Below are positions 33,439 to 42,640 of a DNA stretch of 64,000 bases, in pieces. The stretch is from Candidatus Dormiibacterota bacterium (lineage in GTDB: Bacteria > Chloroflexota > Dormibacteria > Aeolococcales > Aeolococcaceae), in contig CAVWRW010000002.1 in NCBI GenBank assembly GCA_963757475.1, positions 340,211 to 404,210 of the forward strand, in the 5' to 3' direction. The first letter of the stretch is position 1. Each line of letters begins with the position of its first letter. Under the pieces are notes generated by a model. It saw only the letters and a program-made list of their open reading frames with translations. It was not told the origin of the DNA and did no database searches. The position numbers and the translations under genes were made by a program.

Positions 33439-34641
33439 GTGCCACGAGGGAGGGGTCCAACAGGGCAGTTGCTGACGCGCCGACCGTCCGCGCGCGGCGC
33501 CGTCCTGATCATGTTCTTCGTCAACGGTGCGGCGATGGCGACATGGGTGCCCCTCATCCCGTCGGTGCAGCAGAAGCTCGATCTGAATGCCGGCGAGCTC
33601 GGTGTGGCGCTCCTCGGCACGGCGATCGGCGCGGTGCTGTCGATTCCGTCGACCGGGTGGCTCGTCGGGCGGGCAGGTGGACGGAAGGTGGTGACGCTGG
33701 CCGCGATTGCGTGCTGCATCATCCTGCCGCTGCTTCCGCTGGCGCCAAGCCTGCCCGTGCTCACGCTCGCCCTGCTGCTCTTCGGTGCTGCGCTTGGATC
33801 GATGGATGTCGCCATGAACATCCACGGTGCAGTCGTCGAAGCACTGTATCGCCGGCCGCTGATGTCGACGTTCCACGCCTTCTACAGCATCGGAGGATTT
33901 GCCGGGGCGATCATCAGTGGCTTGCTCGCGGCAGCCGGCCAGGCACCGTTCAACCGCGCGCTGTGGCCCGCGTTGCTGCTTGCTGTCGCCGCCGTCGTCG
34001 GTCATCGATCGCTGCCGCCCGAACAGGTCGTTGCAACCGGTGATCGGCCCGCACTGCGCATCCGTCTCCCGCGTCTGTCATGGCCGCTGGCTGCACTCGC
34101 AACCATGGCTTTCTGCAGCTTCCTTTCGGAGGGCGCGAGCGGTGACTGGAGTGCCGTCTACCTCCACAAGACGCTCGGGGTCGACACCGCCGTTGCGGCA
34201 ACCGCGTTCGCCGCGTTCTCCATTGCGATGGCGGCGGGCCGCCTGAGCGGCGACTGGCTGACGCGTCGCCTGGGCGCAACGGTGCTCTTGCGCGGCGGTG
34301 GTGCGCTCGCGGCCGCGGGATTGACGGCGACGCTGCTGCTTGGCCGCCCGGGTGTTGCCATCGCCGGGTTCGGCTTGGTTGGTCTCGGTCTTGCCAACGT
34401 GGTCCCGACGCTCTTCAGCGCAGCCGGTCGGTCGGCAGCCATCCCTCCGCGGATTGCGATTGCGTCAGTCGCCGCCGCAGGCTACACAGGGATGCTCGCA
34501 GGCCCTCCGCTCATTGGCTTCGCGGCGCAGGCATTCACACTCACGCGCGCGCTCATTGCAGTGGTTGTGTGCTGTGCAGTCATCGCCGTCCTCGCGGCAA
34601 CGGTTCGCTACGCCGATGAACCAGGGAGAACCCGGATCTAG
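33439..34641 (+). CDS. MFS transporter
   Basis: It is a 400 aa protein with about 12 hydrophobic segments and an MFS loop-2/3-like motif (GWLVGRAGGRKVV). Confidence 0.8.
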   Translation: MPRGRGPTGQLLTRRPSARGAVLIMFFVNGAAMATWVPLIPSVQQKLDLNAGELGVALLGTAIGAVLSIPSTGWLVGRAGGRKVVTLAAIACCIILPLLPLAPSLPVLTLALLLFGAALGSMDVAMNIHGAVVEALYRRPLMSTFHAFYSIGGFAGAIISGLLAAAGQAPFNRALWPALLLAVAAVVGHRSLPPEQVVATGDRPALRIRLPRLSWPLAALATMAFCSFLSEGASGDWSAVYLHKTLGVDTAVAATAFAAFSIAMAAGRLSGDWLTRRLGATVLLRGGGALAAAGLTATLLLGRPGVAIAGFGLVGLGLANVVPTLFSAAGRSAAIPPRIAIASVAAAGYTGMLAGPPLIGFAAQAFTLTRALIAVVVCCAVIAVLAATVRYADEPGRTRI

Positions 34642-34901
34642 ACTTCGGCTCCGCGCGTGGCCCCGGAACCATTCATCGCCGGCTCGCCACGATGCCGGGC
34701 CGTCGCCACCAGATGCACAGCGCCGCTTGCCATCGGCCGCGCCCGTTGCAGCGCGCGACCGGCCGTGATCACGCCTTCGCGAGCGGCTGCCTGAGCGACC
34801 CGGAGTTGCGCACGGGTCTTGTCCCCTGTCTGCGGAGCGACGCAGAGACCGACCACTGTTCCGACGACCGTTCCGTGCACGAGCCCGCGTACGTATCCCA
34901 T
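34638..34901 (-). CDS. YtxH-domain protein
   Basis: The N-terminal motif GTVVGTVVGLCVAPQTGDKTRAQL matches the YtxH pattern GxxxGxxxGLLxAPxSGxxTR. Confidence 0.6.
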   Translation of the reverse strand: MGYVRGLVHGTVVGTVVGLCVAPQTGDKTRAQLRVAQAAAREGVITAGRALQRARPMASGAVHLVATARHRGEPAMNGSGATRGAEV

Positions 34902-34962
34902 GGCTGCCAGCCTCCGTTGTTGTTCATTCCCGTTCGAGTCACCCTACTCCGCCGGGACCGGT

Positions 34963-35307
34963 TTACGTGAGCGACGTTGCCGACCAGGCCCCGTCGGGAA
35001 TGATGCGCAGCCGCTCGACGGGGCGGCCCGCGACGAGGTGCTCCGCGATGATCTCGTCGACGTCCGGAACCTGGAGGTTCCCGTACCAGACGCCGTCGGG
35101 ATAGACGATGAGGATCGGACCCTGGTGGTGCTGCTGATTGCAGCCCATGCGGGTCGTCCGCACCCACGTGAGCTCGAGGCGTTCCACCTCGTCCCGAAGA
35201 CGCTGGAGGATGTGCTCCGATCCCTGCCCGCCGCAGTGATGCCTGCCCACCGTGGTGCAGACGAAGACGTGGAGGTTGCGATGCGCCGATGCTTCCATCA
35301 ACGTCAA
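34963..35307 (-). CDS. Thioredoxin-like (2Fe-2S) ferredoxin-domain protein
   Basis: HVFVCTT..HHCGG..ILQRL.. and ..MGCNQQHHQGPILIVYPDGVWYGNLQVPDVDEIIAEHL are colinear with thioredoxin-like ferredoxins. One usual Cys position appears to be His. Confidence 0.55.
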   Translation of the reverse strand: MTLMEASAHRNLHVFVCTTVGRHHCGGQGSEHILQRLRDEVERLELTWVRTTRMGCNQQHHQGPILIVYPDGVWYGNLQVPDVDEIIAEHLVAGRPVERLRIIPDGAWSATSLT

Positions 35308-35354
35308 TGGTCGCCCACCGGAGGCTGACCACGACGTGCGAACGTATTGCGTCG

Positions 35355-35789
35355 ATGGACCTCAACTTCGCCTTCTTCGCCGACAGCGCCGTCGTTCCGC
35401 CGGACGGAAAGCTGTATGTCCTCGGTGGCGGGTTCAGCACGCTCTCGATGATCCAGCTCCCGGGCAGGGTCGCCTTCGCGGTGGTCGCGGGGTTCCGGTT
35501 CGGCCCGGCCGACATCGGCCAACCGCACCAGGTGGAGCTCCGGCTGCTCGATGCGACCGGCAAGCTCGTCATCGCTCCGGCGAGCCTGCAGTTCCAGTCG
35601 GCCGGTGCGACACTCCGTCCCGGGCAGGAGGTGAGCATCTCCACGGTCACCGTCCTGCAGCCGATGTTCGGCGAGCCGGGCACCTATGCCGTGGAGTTCT
35701 GGTCAGACGGCAACCGGCTCGGTTCGGTCAGCCTCCATGTCGAGGAGCGCACCGCGCCCGCACCGGTCGCGGGAGACCGTCCCAACTAA
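35355..35789 (+). CDS. Hypothetical protein (beta-rich)
   Basis: The composition is protein-like (MDLNFAFFADSAVVPPDGKLYVLGGGFSTLSM..GTYAVEFWSDGNRLGSVSLHVEE). The first in-frame ATG lies after the region antisense to the ferredoxin gene. I recognised no family. Confidence 0.5.
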   Translation: MDLNFAFFADSAVVPPDGKLYVLGGGFSTLSMIQLPGRVAFAVVAGFRFGPADIGQPHQVELRLLDATGKLVIAPASLQFQSAGATLRPGQEVSISTVTVLQPMFGEPGTYAVEFWSDGNRLGSVSLHVEERTAPAPVAGDRPN

Positions 35790-35806
35790 GTCGCCGTCAA
35801 GCCCCC

Positions 35807-36655
35807 TCAGTACTCGTAGAAGCCCCGCCCGCTCTTCTTGCCGAGATATCCGGCGGACACCATCCGCCGGAGCAGCGGCGGGGGAGCGTAGTCGCTGTTG
35901 GCGTACTCCTCGTACAGCAACTCGCATACGAACAGCGCAGTATCGAGACCGATGTAGTCGAGGAGCTGGAGCGGCCCCATCGGATGCCCGCATCCGAGGC
36001 GCATTCCCTCGTCGATGTCCTCGCGGGTCGCGAACCCCGACTCATAGAGGCGGATCGCATGCGTGAGAAAGGGAATCAGGAGCAGGTTGACGATGAAGCC
36101 GCCGCGGTCCTGCGCGACGATGATCCGCTTGCCGAGGCGCTCGCCGAGCGCGCGCGTGTCGTCGAGCGTCTCGTCGCTCGTGGCGATGCTCCGCACCACC
36201 TCGATCAGCTTCATCACCGGCGCCGGGTTGAAGAAGTGGGTCCCGATGACCCGATCCGGCCGTCGCGTCGCCCGGGCGATCTCGATGATCGGCAGCGCGG
36301 ACGTGTTGGTGGCAAGGATCGCCGTGTCGGCAACGATGTCGTCGAGTTGCGCGAACAGCTTCACCTTCGCGGGAAGTTGCTCGACGATCGCCTCGACGCA
36401 GAAGTCGCACTCCGCGAAATCCTCGAGCCGCGATGTGAAGGTGAGCAGGCCGGTGATTCGATCCAGGTCCGCGTCGCTGAGCTTGCCGGTCTGACGGCCG
36501 CGCTCCAGCGATGCGTTGACACGTCGCTGTCCTGCGGCCAGCTGTTCCGGCCCCGCCTCGGTGACCAGGGTTCGGATCCCGTTGCGCGCGCACACTTCGG
36601 CGATTCCCGAGCCCATCAGCCCGGCGCCGATGATCCCCACGCTCCCGATCTCCAT
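35807..36655 (-). CDS. hbd: 3-hydroxybutyryl-CoA / 3-hydroxyacyl-CoA dehydrogenase
   Basis: Rossmann motif VGIIGAGLMGSGIA, plus ..ILATNTSALPI.., GTHFFNPAPVMKLIEV, GFIVNLLL and the tail GKKSGRGFYEY. Confidence 0.9.
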   Translation of the reverse strand: MEIGSVGIIGAGLMGSGIAEVCARNGIRTLVTEAGPEQLAAGQRRVNASLERGRQTGKLSDADLDRITGLLTFTSRLEDFAECDFCVEAIVEQLPAKVKLFAQLDDIVADTAILATNTSALPIIEIARATRRPDRVIGTHFFNPAPVMKLIEVVRSIATSDETLDDTRALGERLGKRIIVAQDRGGFIVNLLLIPFLTHAIRLYESGFATREDIDEGMRLGCGHPMGPLQLLDYIGLDTALFVCELLYEEYANSDYAPPPLLRRMVSAGYLGKKSGRGFYEY

Positions 36656-36729
36656 CGATGACCCTCCAACCACTGGCGGTGTTCCGGCTTTTCGCCCAGT
36701 CTGCCCGAGGGCAGCCCGCTCGCGCACCT

Positions 36730-37095
36730 ATGATGGGTGGCATGGGGTCACCGGGAGCGGTCGCGTTGGTCAGCTCCGATCTGATGTTCGCCAGCCAGGT
36801 CACGACGACCATGCGCAATGCCGGTGGGAGTGCGGTCCTCGTCGTTGGCGACGCTGTCCCCGATGTTGGCGTCGTCTTCGTCGATCTCAATACGGCTGTG
36901 GACGCCCGCCTCGCGCTGATCGCACAGATGCGTGCGCAGCGGCCCGACCTCGATATCGTCGGTTTCTGCCATCACGCGGAGCGCGACCTGCGCCGGCGAG
37001 CGCGCAGCAGTGGCGCAACACGCGTTATCAACAACGGAGCGCTCCAGACGGTCGCCCTCCGCCTCTCGGGTATGAGCATGGGCGAGGCCTCGTGA
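36730..37095 (+). CDS. Hypothetical protein with receiver(CheY)-like pattern, probably a pseudo-receiver
   Basis: The alternating beta/alpha pattern is VALVSSDL ... VVFVDLN ... DIVGFCHH, with an Asp at the phospho-acceptor-like position, but other conserved receiver residues are not obvious. The stop overlaps the next gene's start (GTGA). Confidence 0.4.
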   Translation: MMGGMGSPGAVALVSSDLMFASQVTTTMRNAGGSAVLVVGDAVPDVGVVFVDLNTAVDARLALIAQMRAQRPDLDIVGFCHHAERDLRRRARSSGATRVINNGALQTVALRLSGMSMGEAS

Positions 37096-38285
37096 GCGAC
37101 AGCGGCCGCGCCCGCGACGCACGCATCCGCTCGACCGTCGACGACACCCGCGAGCAGGTCGTCGAGACTCGTCGAACCTTGCACCGTCATCCAGAGCTTT
37201 CCGAGGTCGAGCATCACACGGCGGAGCTCGTTGCGCAGCGCAGTGCCGACCTCGGCTTCACCGTTCGGAGCGGTGTCGGCGGCACCGGCGTCCTCGCCGA
37301 CCTTGACAGCGGCAGACCGGGACCGATGCTCATGCTTCGCGCTGACATGGACGCCCTGCCGATCCTCGAGCGCGGCGAAGGCCGCGTCGTTGTGTCCGAG
37401 CACGACGGCGTGATGCATGCGTGCGGCCACGACGGGCACGTCGCCATGACGCTCGGTGCGGCGAGCGCGCTCGTTGCGATGCGCGACGACTGGTCGGGGC
37501 GGTTGCGTCTCTGCTTCCAGCCGGCGGAGGAGGTTGCCTCCGGCGCCATGCCGATGATCGCCGACGGCGCCGCGGAAGGCGTCGATCGCGTGCTCGGCAT
37601 CCATCTCTGGGCACCGCTGCAGACCGGACGGGTTGCAGTCAAAGCTGGCGTGATCTTTGGAAGCGCGGACAGCTTCTCATTGACGATCCAGGGCCGCGGC
37701 GGGCACGGCGGCATGCCGCACACCGCGATCGATCCTGTCGTCGTCACGGCGCAGGTGATTCTGGCCATCCAGTCGATCATCAGCCGCGAGACCTCGCCGT
37801 TCTCTCCTGCGGTGATCACGATCGGCAAAGTCACGGCGGGAACGGCGTTCAACGTCATCGCGGACTCCGCTGAGCTACTCGGCACCACGCGCGCGATCGA
37901 GGTCGCCGAGCGCGAGCGCCTGCTCACCCGGATCGCCGAGATTGCGACTGCCGTCGCCTCGGGCTACGGCGCGGTGGCGCGGTTTTCACGCGGCACCGGG
38001 TGCCCGCCGGTCGTATCGGACGCCGCGACGGCGGATCTCGTGCACCGTGCGGCGGCCGCAACCGTCGGCGATGACCACGTTGACATCGCCGTGCCGATCA
38101 CCGTCGGCGATGACGTGGCCTGCTTCCTTGATCGCGCGCCCGGGTGCTACTTCCTGGTGGGCGCGGGACATCCCGAGCGCGGCCCGGTGCCGCCGCACCA
38201 CAGCGCGTTCTTCGATATCGACGAAGCTGCGCTGCCGGTCGGTGTCGAGACGCTCGTCCGCGCGACGCTCGAGGTCCTCGGCTGA
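37092..38285 (+). CDS. M20-family amidohydrolase (N-acyl-amino-acid / hippurate hydrolase-like)
   Basis: RRTLHRHPELS, LRADMDALP, HACGHDGH, GRLRLCFQPAEE, IQGRGGHGGMPH. The long 5' extension in the ORF track is antisense to hbd and was discarded. Confidence 0.85.
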   Translation: MSDSGRARDARIRSTVDDTREQVVETRRTLHRHPELSEVEHHTAELVAQRSADLGFTVRSGVGGTGVLADLDSGRPGPMLMLRADMDALPILERGEGRVVVSEHDGVMHACGHDGHVAMTLGAASALVAMRDDWSGRLRLCFQPAEEVASGAMPMIADGAAEGVDRVLGIHLWAPLQTGRVAVKAGVIFGSADSFSLTIQGRGGHGGMPHTAIDPVVVTAQVILAIQSIISRETSPFSPAVITIGKVTAGTAFNVIADSAELLGTTRAIEVAERERLLTRIAEIATAVASGYGAVARFSRGTGCPPVVSDAATADLVHRAAAATVGDDHVDIAVPITVGDDVACFLDRAPGCYFLVGAGHPERGPVPPHHSAFFDIDEAALPVGVETLVRATLEVLG

Positions 38286-38833
38286 TGGACTTCATTCGCT
38301 CACGTGAGGATCGCAACGACTTCTACAGCAACGTCGACCTCACGCCGCGTCCGACGTCGGAGTCGGAAACACTGCTCTCCGTCGCGATGGAGATCGAGCA
38401 CGCCAACAACGCCGGCTACGTGCACGGCGGCACGATCATGCGCCTCGTCGACACCGCCGCCGGCATCGCCGCGACCAAGCATGCGCGACGCCGCGTGGTC
38501 ACGGCCGCGATGGATGAGATGAGCTTCCTCGCACCGGTGTACATCGGCGATCTGCTGACGGTGCGCGCTCGTGTGAACGACGCGCATTACACGTCGATGG
38601 AAATTGGGGTGACCGTGGATGTCGAGCGCATCCCGTCGGGCGAGCAGTTGCACGTGGCGACCGCGCACCTCGTCTATGTCGGTCTCGACCGTGAGGGCAA
38701 ACCAGCCGAGGTGGCCAAGGTCATCGCTGTGACCGACGAGGACCACACGCGCCAGGCCGAAGCCAGGGTTCGCCGGGAGCAGCGCTTGCTCCGCAAACGA
38801 GCGCTCGCCGAGGCGTCGCACAGGATCCAGTGA
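38285..38833 (+). CDS. Acyl-CoA thioesterase (hotdog fold)
   Basis: NAGYVHGGTIMRLVDTAAGIAA, ..VVTAAMDEMSFLAPVYIGDLL.. The ATG shares a base with the upstream stop (TGATG). Confidence 0.8.
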   Translation: MDFIRSREDRNDFYSNVDLTPRPTSESETLLSVAMEIEHANNAGYVHGGTIMRLVDTAAGIAATKHARRRVVTAAMDEMSFLAPVYIGDLLTVRARVNDAHYTSMEIGVTVDVERIPSGEQLHVATAHLVYVGLDREGKPAEVAKVIAVTDEDHTRQAEARVRREQRLLRKRALAEASHRIQ

Positions 38834-38861
38834 CGCCCGGCTTCGCTAGGATGGACGCGTC

Positions 38862-39611
38862 ATGGCTGAGGTAACGGCGCCGGTGACCGTCCGGGATGCG
38901 ACCGCGCAGGTCCCCACGGCTCGGCAGCACATCCGATTCTCGTTCTACCGCGTGCGCCCCGAGTGGCGCCTGCGCAGTGCGACGGAACGTGCCGCCGACC
39001 GCGAGGAGGTCGCCGCGCTCGTCAGGGAGATCGGGGACCGCGATGGCGTCCTCATCCGTCCGTACAGCACCGTCGGGACCCGCGGCGACGCCGACTTCCT
39101 CCTCTGGATCGTCAGCGAGCGTGTCGACGATCTGCACGAGTTCTCCGCGCGCCTCAACAGGACGCGCATGGCCGCCTATCTCGACGCGCCGTACAGCTAT
39201 TTCTCGATGACGAAGCAGAGCATGTACGTCGAGAAACACCAGCACGCAAACCAGGAAGGACGGAGCAACCGGCTCGTCATCTCCCCGACGGGCCGCCGCT
39301 ATCTCTTCGTCTATCCCTTCGTGAAGACGCGCACCTGGTACCGGCTGAGTGCCGAGGAGCGGCAGCGCCAGATGAGCGAGCACATCGCCATGGGACACAA
39401 GTATCCGGGCGTCAAGATCAACACGACGTACTCGTTCGGCCTCGACGATCAGGACTTCGTTGTGGCGTTCGAGAGCGACTCCGTTGCCGACTTTCTCGAC
39501 CTCGTCCACGAGATGCGGGGGAGTGAGGCGTCGACACACACGGTCCGCGATGTGCCGTCGTTCACATGTATTTCGATGGACGTCGACGAGGTGCTCTCCG
39601 CCCTCGGTTAG
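38862..39611 (+). CDS. hemQ: Chlorite-dismutase-family coproheme decarboxylase (HemQ/ChdC)
   Basis: FSFYRVRPEWR, DFLLWIVS, YLFVYPFVKTRTWY, HIAMGHKYPGVKINTTYSFGLDDQDFVVAFE. Confidence 0.85.
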   Translation: MAEVTAPVTVRDATAQVPTARQHIRFSFYRVRPEWRLRSATERAADREEVAALVREIGDRDGVLIRPYSTVGTRGDADFLLWIVSERVDDLHEFSARLNRTRMAAYLDAPYSYFSMTKQSMYVEKHQHANQEGRSNRLVISPTGRRYLFVYPFVKTRTWYRLSAEERQRQMSEHIAMGHKYPGVKINTTYSFGLDDQDFVVAFESDSVADFLDLVHEMRGSEASTHTVRDVPSFTCISMDVDEVLSALG

Positions 39612-39621
39612 ACCGCGAGGA

Positions 39622-40932
39622 TCAGCCGGCGAGCACCGCGCGCCGGCGTTCGGCGCCCTGCATCGACGCGAGCATGACCTCCATCACGTGCATGACCTTC
39701 ACGTCGGGGGCGTAGCGCGCCGCACCGGCGCGGAGCTGGAGCAGGCAGGAGACGTTCTCTGTCACGACGATCTCGGCGCCGCTTGCCCGGATGTTCTCGA
39801 ACTTGCGGCGCAGGATCGCCTCACTGCGCTCGGGCTGGCGCGCGAAGTACGTGCCGGCGCCGCCGCAGCACATCGCGCGCTCATTCAGCGGAACGATGTC
39901 GAGATGGGGGATCTGCTCGAGGAGGCGGCGCATAGCACCGCGCTCTGGACCGTCGATCGGGAGCGGACATGGCTCGTCGATGGTGACGCGCCAGCGGAGC
40001 GGCCCGAGCGCACCGCGGACGCCGTTGCGGTCGAGGAAATCGCTTGCCTGCGCAGTGTGCCGCGCGATGTCGCGCGCACGCGCGCCGACCTGACGGTCCT
40101 CCCCGGCGATGCTCCCGTACTCGCGATAGTGCTCGGTGCACGACGCGCTGTCACCGATATACGCGTCGACGTCCAGCGTCGACATCGCCGCGCTGTTGCG
40201 CACTGCCATGTCGATCATCGCGTCGCGGTCGCCGAGGGTGCGCGCTGGGAGGCCGCTGCACCCGACCACGGGCACCTCCACCGCATAGCCCGAAGCCAGC
40301 AGTACGCGAATCGTTGCCTCGGTCGACTCCGGAACGGTGAGATTCGAGAGGCAGCACACGAGCAGCGCGACGGTGCCCCGCACGGGCTCCGCGGGTGCCG
40401 GCAGGTCGCCGAGCATCTGGTAGACGGTGCGTTGCGGGGGTGGCCCGCTCTGCTCCGCGAGAGCGCCGACCGTGCCCAGCCACGAGAGCAGCCCGATGCG
40501 GCGGGCGAGGCCGTAGAGCCCTGTCCGCTGCGTGAACCGTGCGAAACCGTGCAGCGCGCGCAGCGCTCCGGGGCGGGGCAGCACGCTGCGGAGCGCGAAC
40601 GACTGGCCCCACGGATAGCCGTCCTGGGCGTGGAGCTCCTGGCGGGCACGGCTGACGATGTGTCCGGTAGGCACCCGAGGCGCGCACGCGGCGACGCAGT
40701 TGTCGCACGTGAGGCAGGTCGACAGCGGACCGTCCTCGATGTCGCTCAACTCGAGCTTGCCCTCGATCGCGTCCCGAATCAGCGCGATGCGTCCGCGCGC
40801 CGTCTCCCATTCGACGGGATTGACGACGTACGCGGGGCAGGTCGCCTGACACAGCGAGCATTTGTTGCACTCGCTCGCCGCCTCGTAGACGTCGGCGAGG
40901 AAGCGTGGGGTCGGGACGGCGCCAACGGCCAT
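39622..40932 (-). CDS. (Fe-S)-binding oxidoreductase with 4Fe-4S dicluster and CCG cysteine-rich domains (GlcF/GlpC/LutA-like)
   Basis: CNKCSLCQATCP and CLTCDNCVAACAP ferredoxin-type motifs, and C-terminal CCG-type motifs (..AMCCGGAGTYF..). The start was chosen at the ATG giving MAVGAVPTP.., and upstream alternatives exist. Confidence 0.8.
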   Translation of the reverse strand: MAVGAVPTPRFLADVYEAASECNKCSLCQATCPAYVVNPVEWETARGRIALIRDAIEGKLELSDIEDGPLSTCLTCDNCVAACAPRVPTGHIVSRARQELHAQDGYPWGQSFALRSVLPRPGALRALHGFARFTQRTGLYGLARRIGLLSWLGTVGALAEQSGPPPQRTVYQMLGDLPAPAEPVRGTVALLVCCLSNLTVPESTEATIRVLLASGYAVEVPVVGCSGLPARTLGDRDAMIDMAVRNSAAMSTLDVDAYIGDSASCTEHYREYGSIAGEDRQVGARARDIARHTAQASDFLDRNGVRGALGPLRWRVTIDEPCPLPIDGPERGAMRRLLEQIPHLDIVPLNERAMCCGGAGTYFARQPERSEAILRRKFENIRASGAEIVVTENVSCLLQLRAGAARYAPDVKVMHVMEVMLASMQGAERRRAVLAG

Positions 40933-41011
40933 TGGGCCCGGATTGTAGACGAGATCGCTGATCCCTCCACCCACGGATGGTCCGGCGCGGGAACTCGTAG
41001 AGTTGCCGTCG

Positions 41012-42592
41012 ATGCAACCTGAGTACCACGTCGAGGTGTTCACGCCCGAGGAGCAGCGACTGCTCGCGCCGCACGTGACCAACCTCGATCGTCCCGTGTT
41101 CGGTCTCGTCAACCTGCCGCAGATCACAGCGGCCGCGCTCTTCGCCCGATATAGCCGGAGCTCGAAGAGCCTGCGACGTCTGCTGCTCGACGAGTTCCTT
41201 GCCGGTGGCGCGGTTGGGCCGGCGGCTGCCGATGCCGGACGAGCCCGCGCGTCCGATCTCTTCGGACGCGTGCTCGCCGCGTACGGCGATGACTCGGTCG
41301 CTCAGCTCGCCGGCGTCCATCTTGCCTGCGAGCAGGTGTCACAGCCGCTTGCCAAGGCGATCGAGTGGGGGCGCCTCGGCGCCTACCTCGAGCAGTCCAC
41401 GCGGTACATCCCATACACCGATCGTCGCGACGGCCACTTTCGATATCTGCGCGACAGTGATGTGCTGGCATCGGGGCTCGCGTCCACATATGTCACGGCG
41501 ATGGATGGGCTCTTCGAAACGTATGCCGCGCTGCGGGAACCGCTCAGCGAGCACCTTGACGAGACGCTTCCCCCCGAGGCTGACGAGAAGGCTCGCAAGC
41601 GCGCAATTCGCGCGCTGGCGCTCGACATCATGCGTGGACTGCTCCCCGCAGGGACGGTGAGCAACGTCGGCGTCTTCGCGTCACCCCAGGCGTACGAGCA
41701 GATGGTCATGCGGCTGCGAGCGCACCCGCTTCCCGAGGCGCAGGCGTACGCCGAGTTCGTCAACACCGAGCTGCAGCAGATGATCCCCGACTTCCTGACG
41801 CGCCTTGACCGGCCCGAGCGCGGCGGCGTCTGGGTCGACTACCTGCGCGATACCGCCGCAGCGCTCGGGGTCGCCGCCGAACGGTTGAGTCCCGAGAACG
41901 AGTGGGGGCCGCCCGGCGTGACGCTCGTCGACTGGGACGGCGACGGCGAGGATCGGATTCTCGCCGCCGCACTCTTCCCGTTCTCACACGCATCCGAGGA
42001 GCGCTTGCTCGCTGCGGTGCGACCGCTCGATCCGATCCGTCGCGCCGGTCTGTTCGCGGCCGCGGTCGGCGAGCGCGGCAACCGGCGTCACCGACCCGGA
42101 CGCGGATTCGAGCACTGCGACTACACGTTCGAGGTCATCTCCGACTACGGCGCCTTTCGCGATCTGCAGCGCCATCGCATGCTCACCGTCCAGTGGCAGG
42201 AGCTCACGCCGGCCCTCGGGTACGAGGTGCCCGCCGCCGTCGACGAAGCAGGGTTGATGGGCCGCTGGCGGGAGGCCGTGTCCAACGCGGAGGCGGCGTA
42301 CAGGGCGATCGCCGGCACCTTCCCGCAGCAGGCGGGCTACCTCGTCACCCTCGGACACCGCGTGCGCTATCTCATCAAGCTCAACGCCCGCGAAGCCCTG
42401 CACCTCATCGAGTTGCGGACCTCACCACAGGGCCATCCGAGCTACCGGCAGATCTGCCAGGAGATGCTCCGCCTCATCGACGAGGTGGCCGGCCACCATC
42501 TGGTCGCGGGCGCGATGAGCTTCGCCGGGTCGGACGATGTGCACCTGCCGCGCTACGCGTCGGAGGCTGGCCGTTCCGCCTCGGACGACTGA
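41012..42592 (+). CDS. thyX: Long-form ThyX-like (flavin-dependent thymidylate synthase family) protein
   Basis: It is about twice canonical ThyX length. It carries ..ALFARYSRSSKSL.. in the N-half and ..FRDLQRHRMLT.. in the C-half, reminiscent of the split pieces of the RHRxxSxxxxSxRY signature. ATG 41012 (or in-frame TTG 41003) is the start. Confidence 0.6.
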   Translation: MQPEYHVEVFTPEEQRLLAPHVTNLDRPVFGLVNLPQITAAALFARYSRSSKSLRRLLLDEFLAGGAVGPAAADAGRARASDLFGRVLAAYGDDSVAQLAGVHLACEQVSQPLAKAIEWGRLGAYLEQSTRYIPYTDRRDGHFRYLRDSDVLASGLASTYVTAMDGLFETYAALREPLSEHLDETLPPEADEKARKRAIRALALDIMRGLLPAGTVSNVGVFASPQAYEQMVMRLRAHPLPEAQAYAEFVNTELQQMIPDFLTRLDRPERGGVWVDYLRDTAAALGVAAERLSPENEWGPPGVTLVDWDGDGEDRILAAALFPFSHASEERLLAAVRPLDPIRRAGLFAAAVGERGNRRHRPGRGFEHCDYTFEVISDYGAFRDLQRHRMLTVQWQELTPALGYEVPAAVDEAGLMGRWREAVSNAEAAYRAIAGTFPQQAGYLVTLGHRVRYLIKLNAREALHLIELRTSPQGHPSYRQICQEMLRLIDEVAGHHLVAGAMSFAGSDDVHLPRYASEAGRSASDD

Positions 42593-42640
42593 CGGAGAGC
42601 TCGGTCATCGCGGTCGCCTGCGGTACGGCGATGTCACTCT

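Noticed and set aside
36516-38285. A 589-aa ORF extending the M20 amidohydrolase far upstream.
   Set aside because: The upstream ~190 codons are antisense to hbd or overlap the receiver-like ORF, and are Arg/Pro-rich. The GTG at 37092 (a GTGA overlap) gives a normal-length M20 enzyme.
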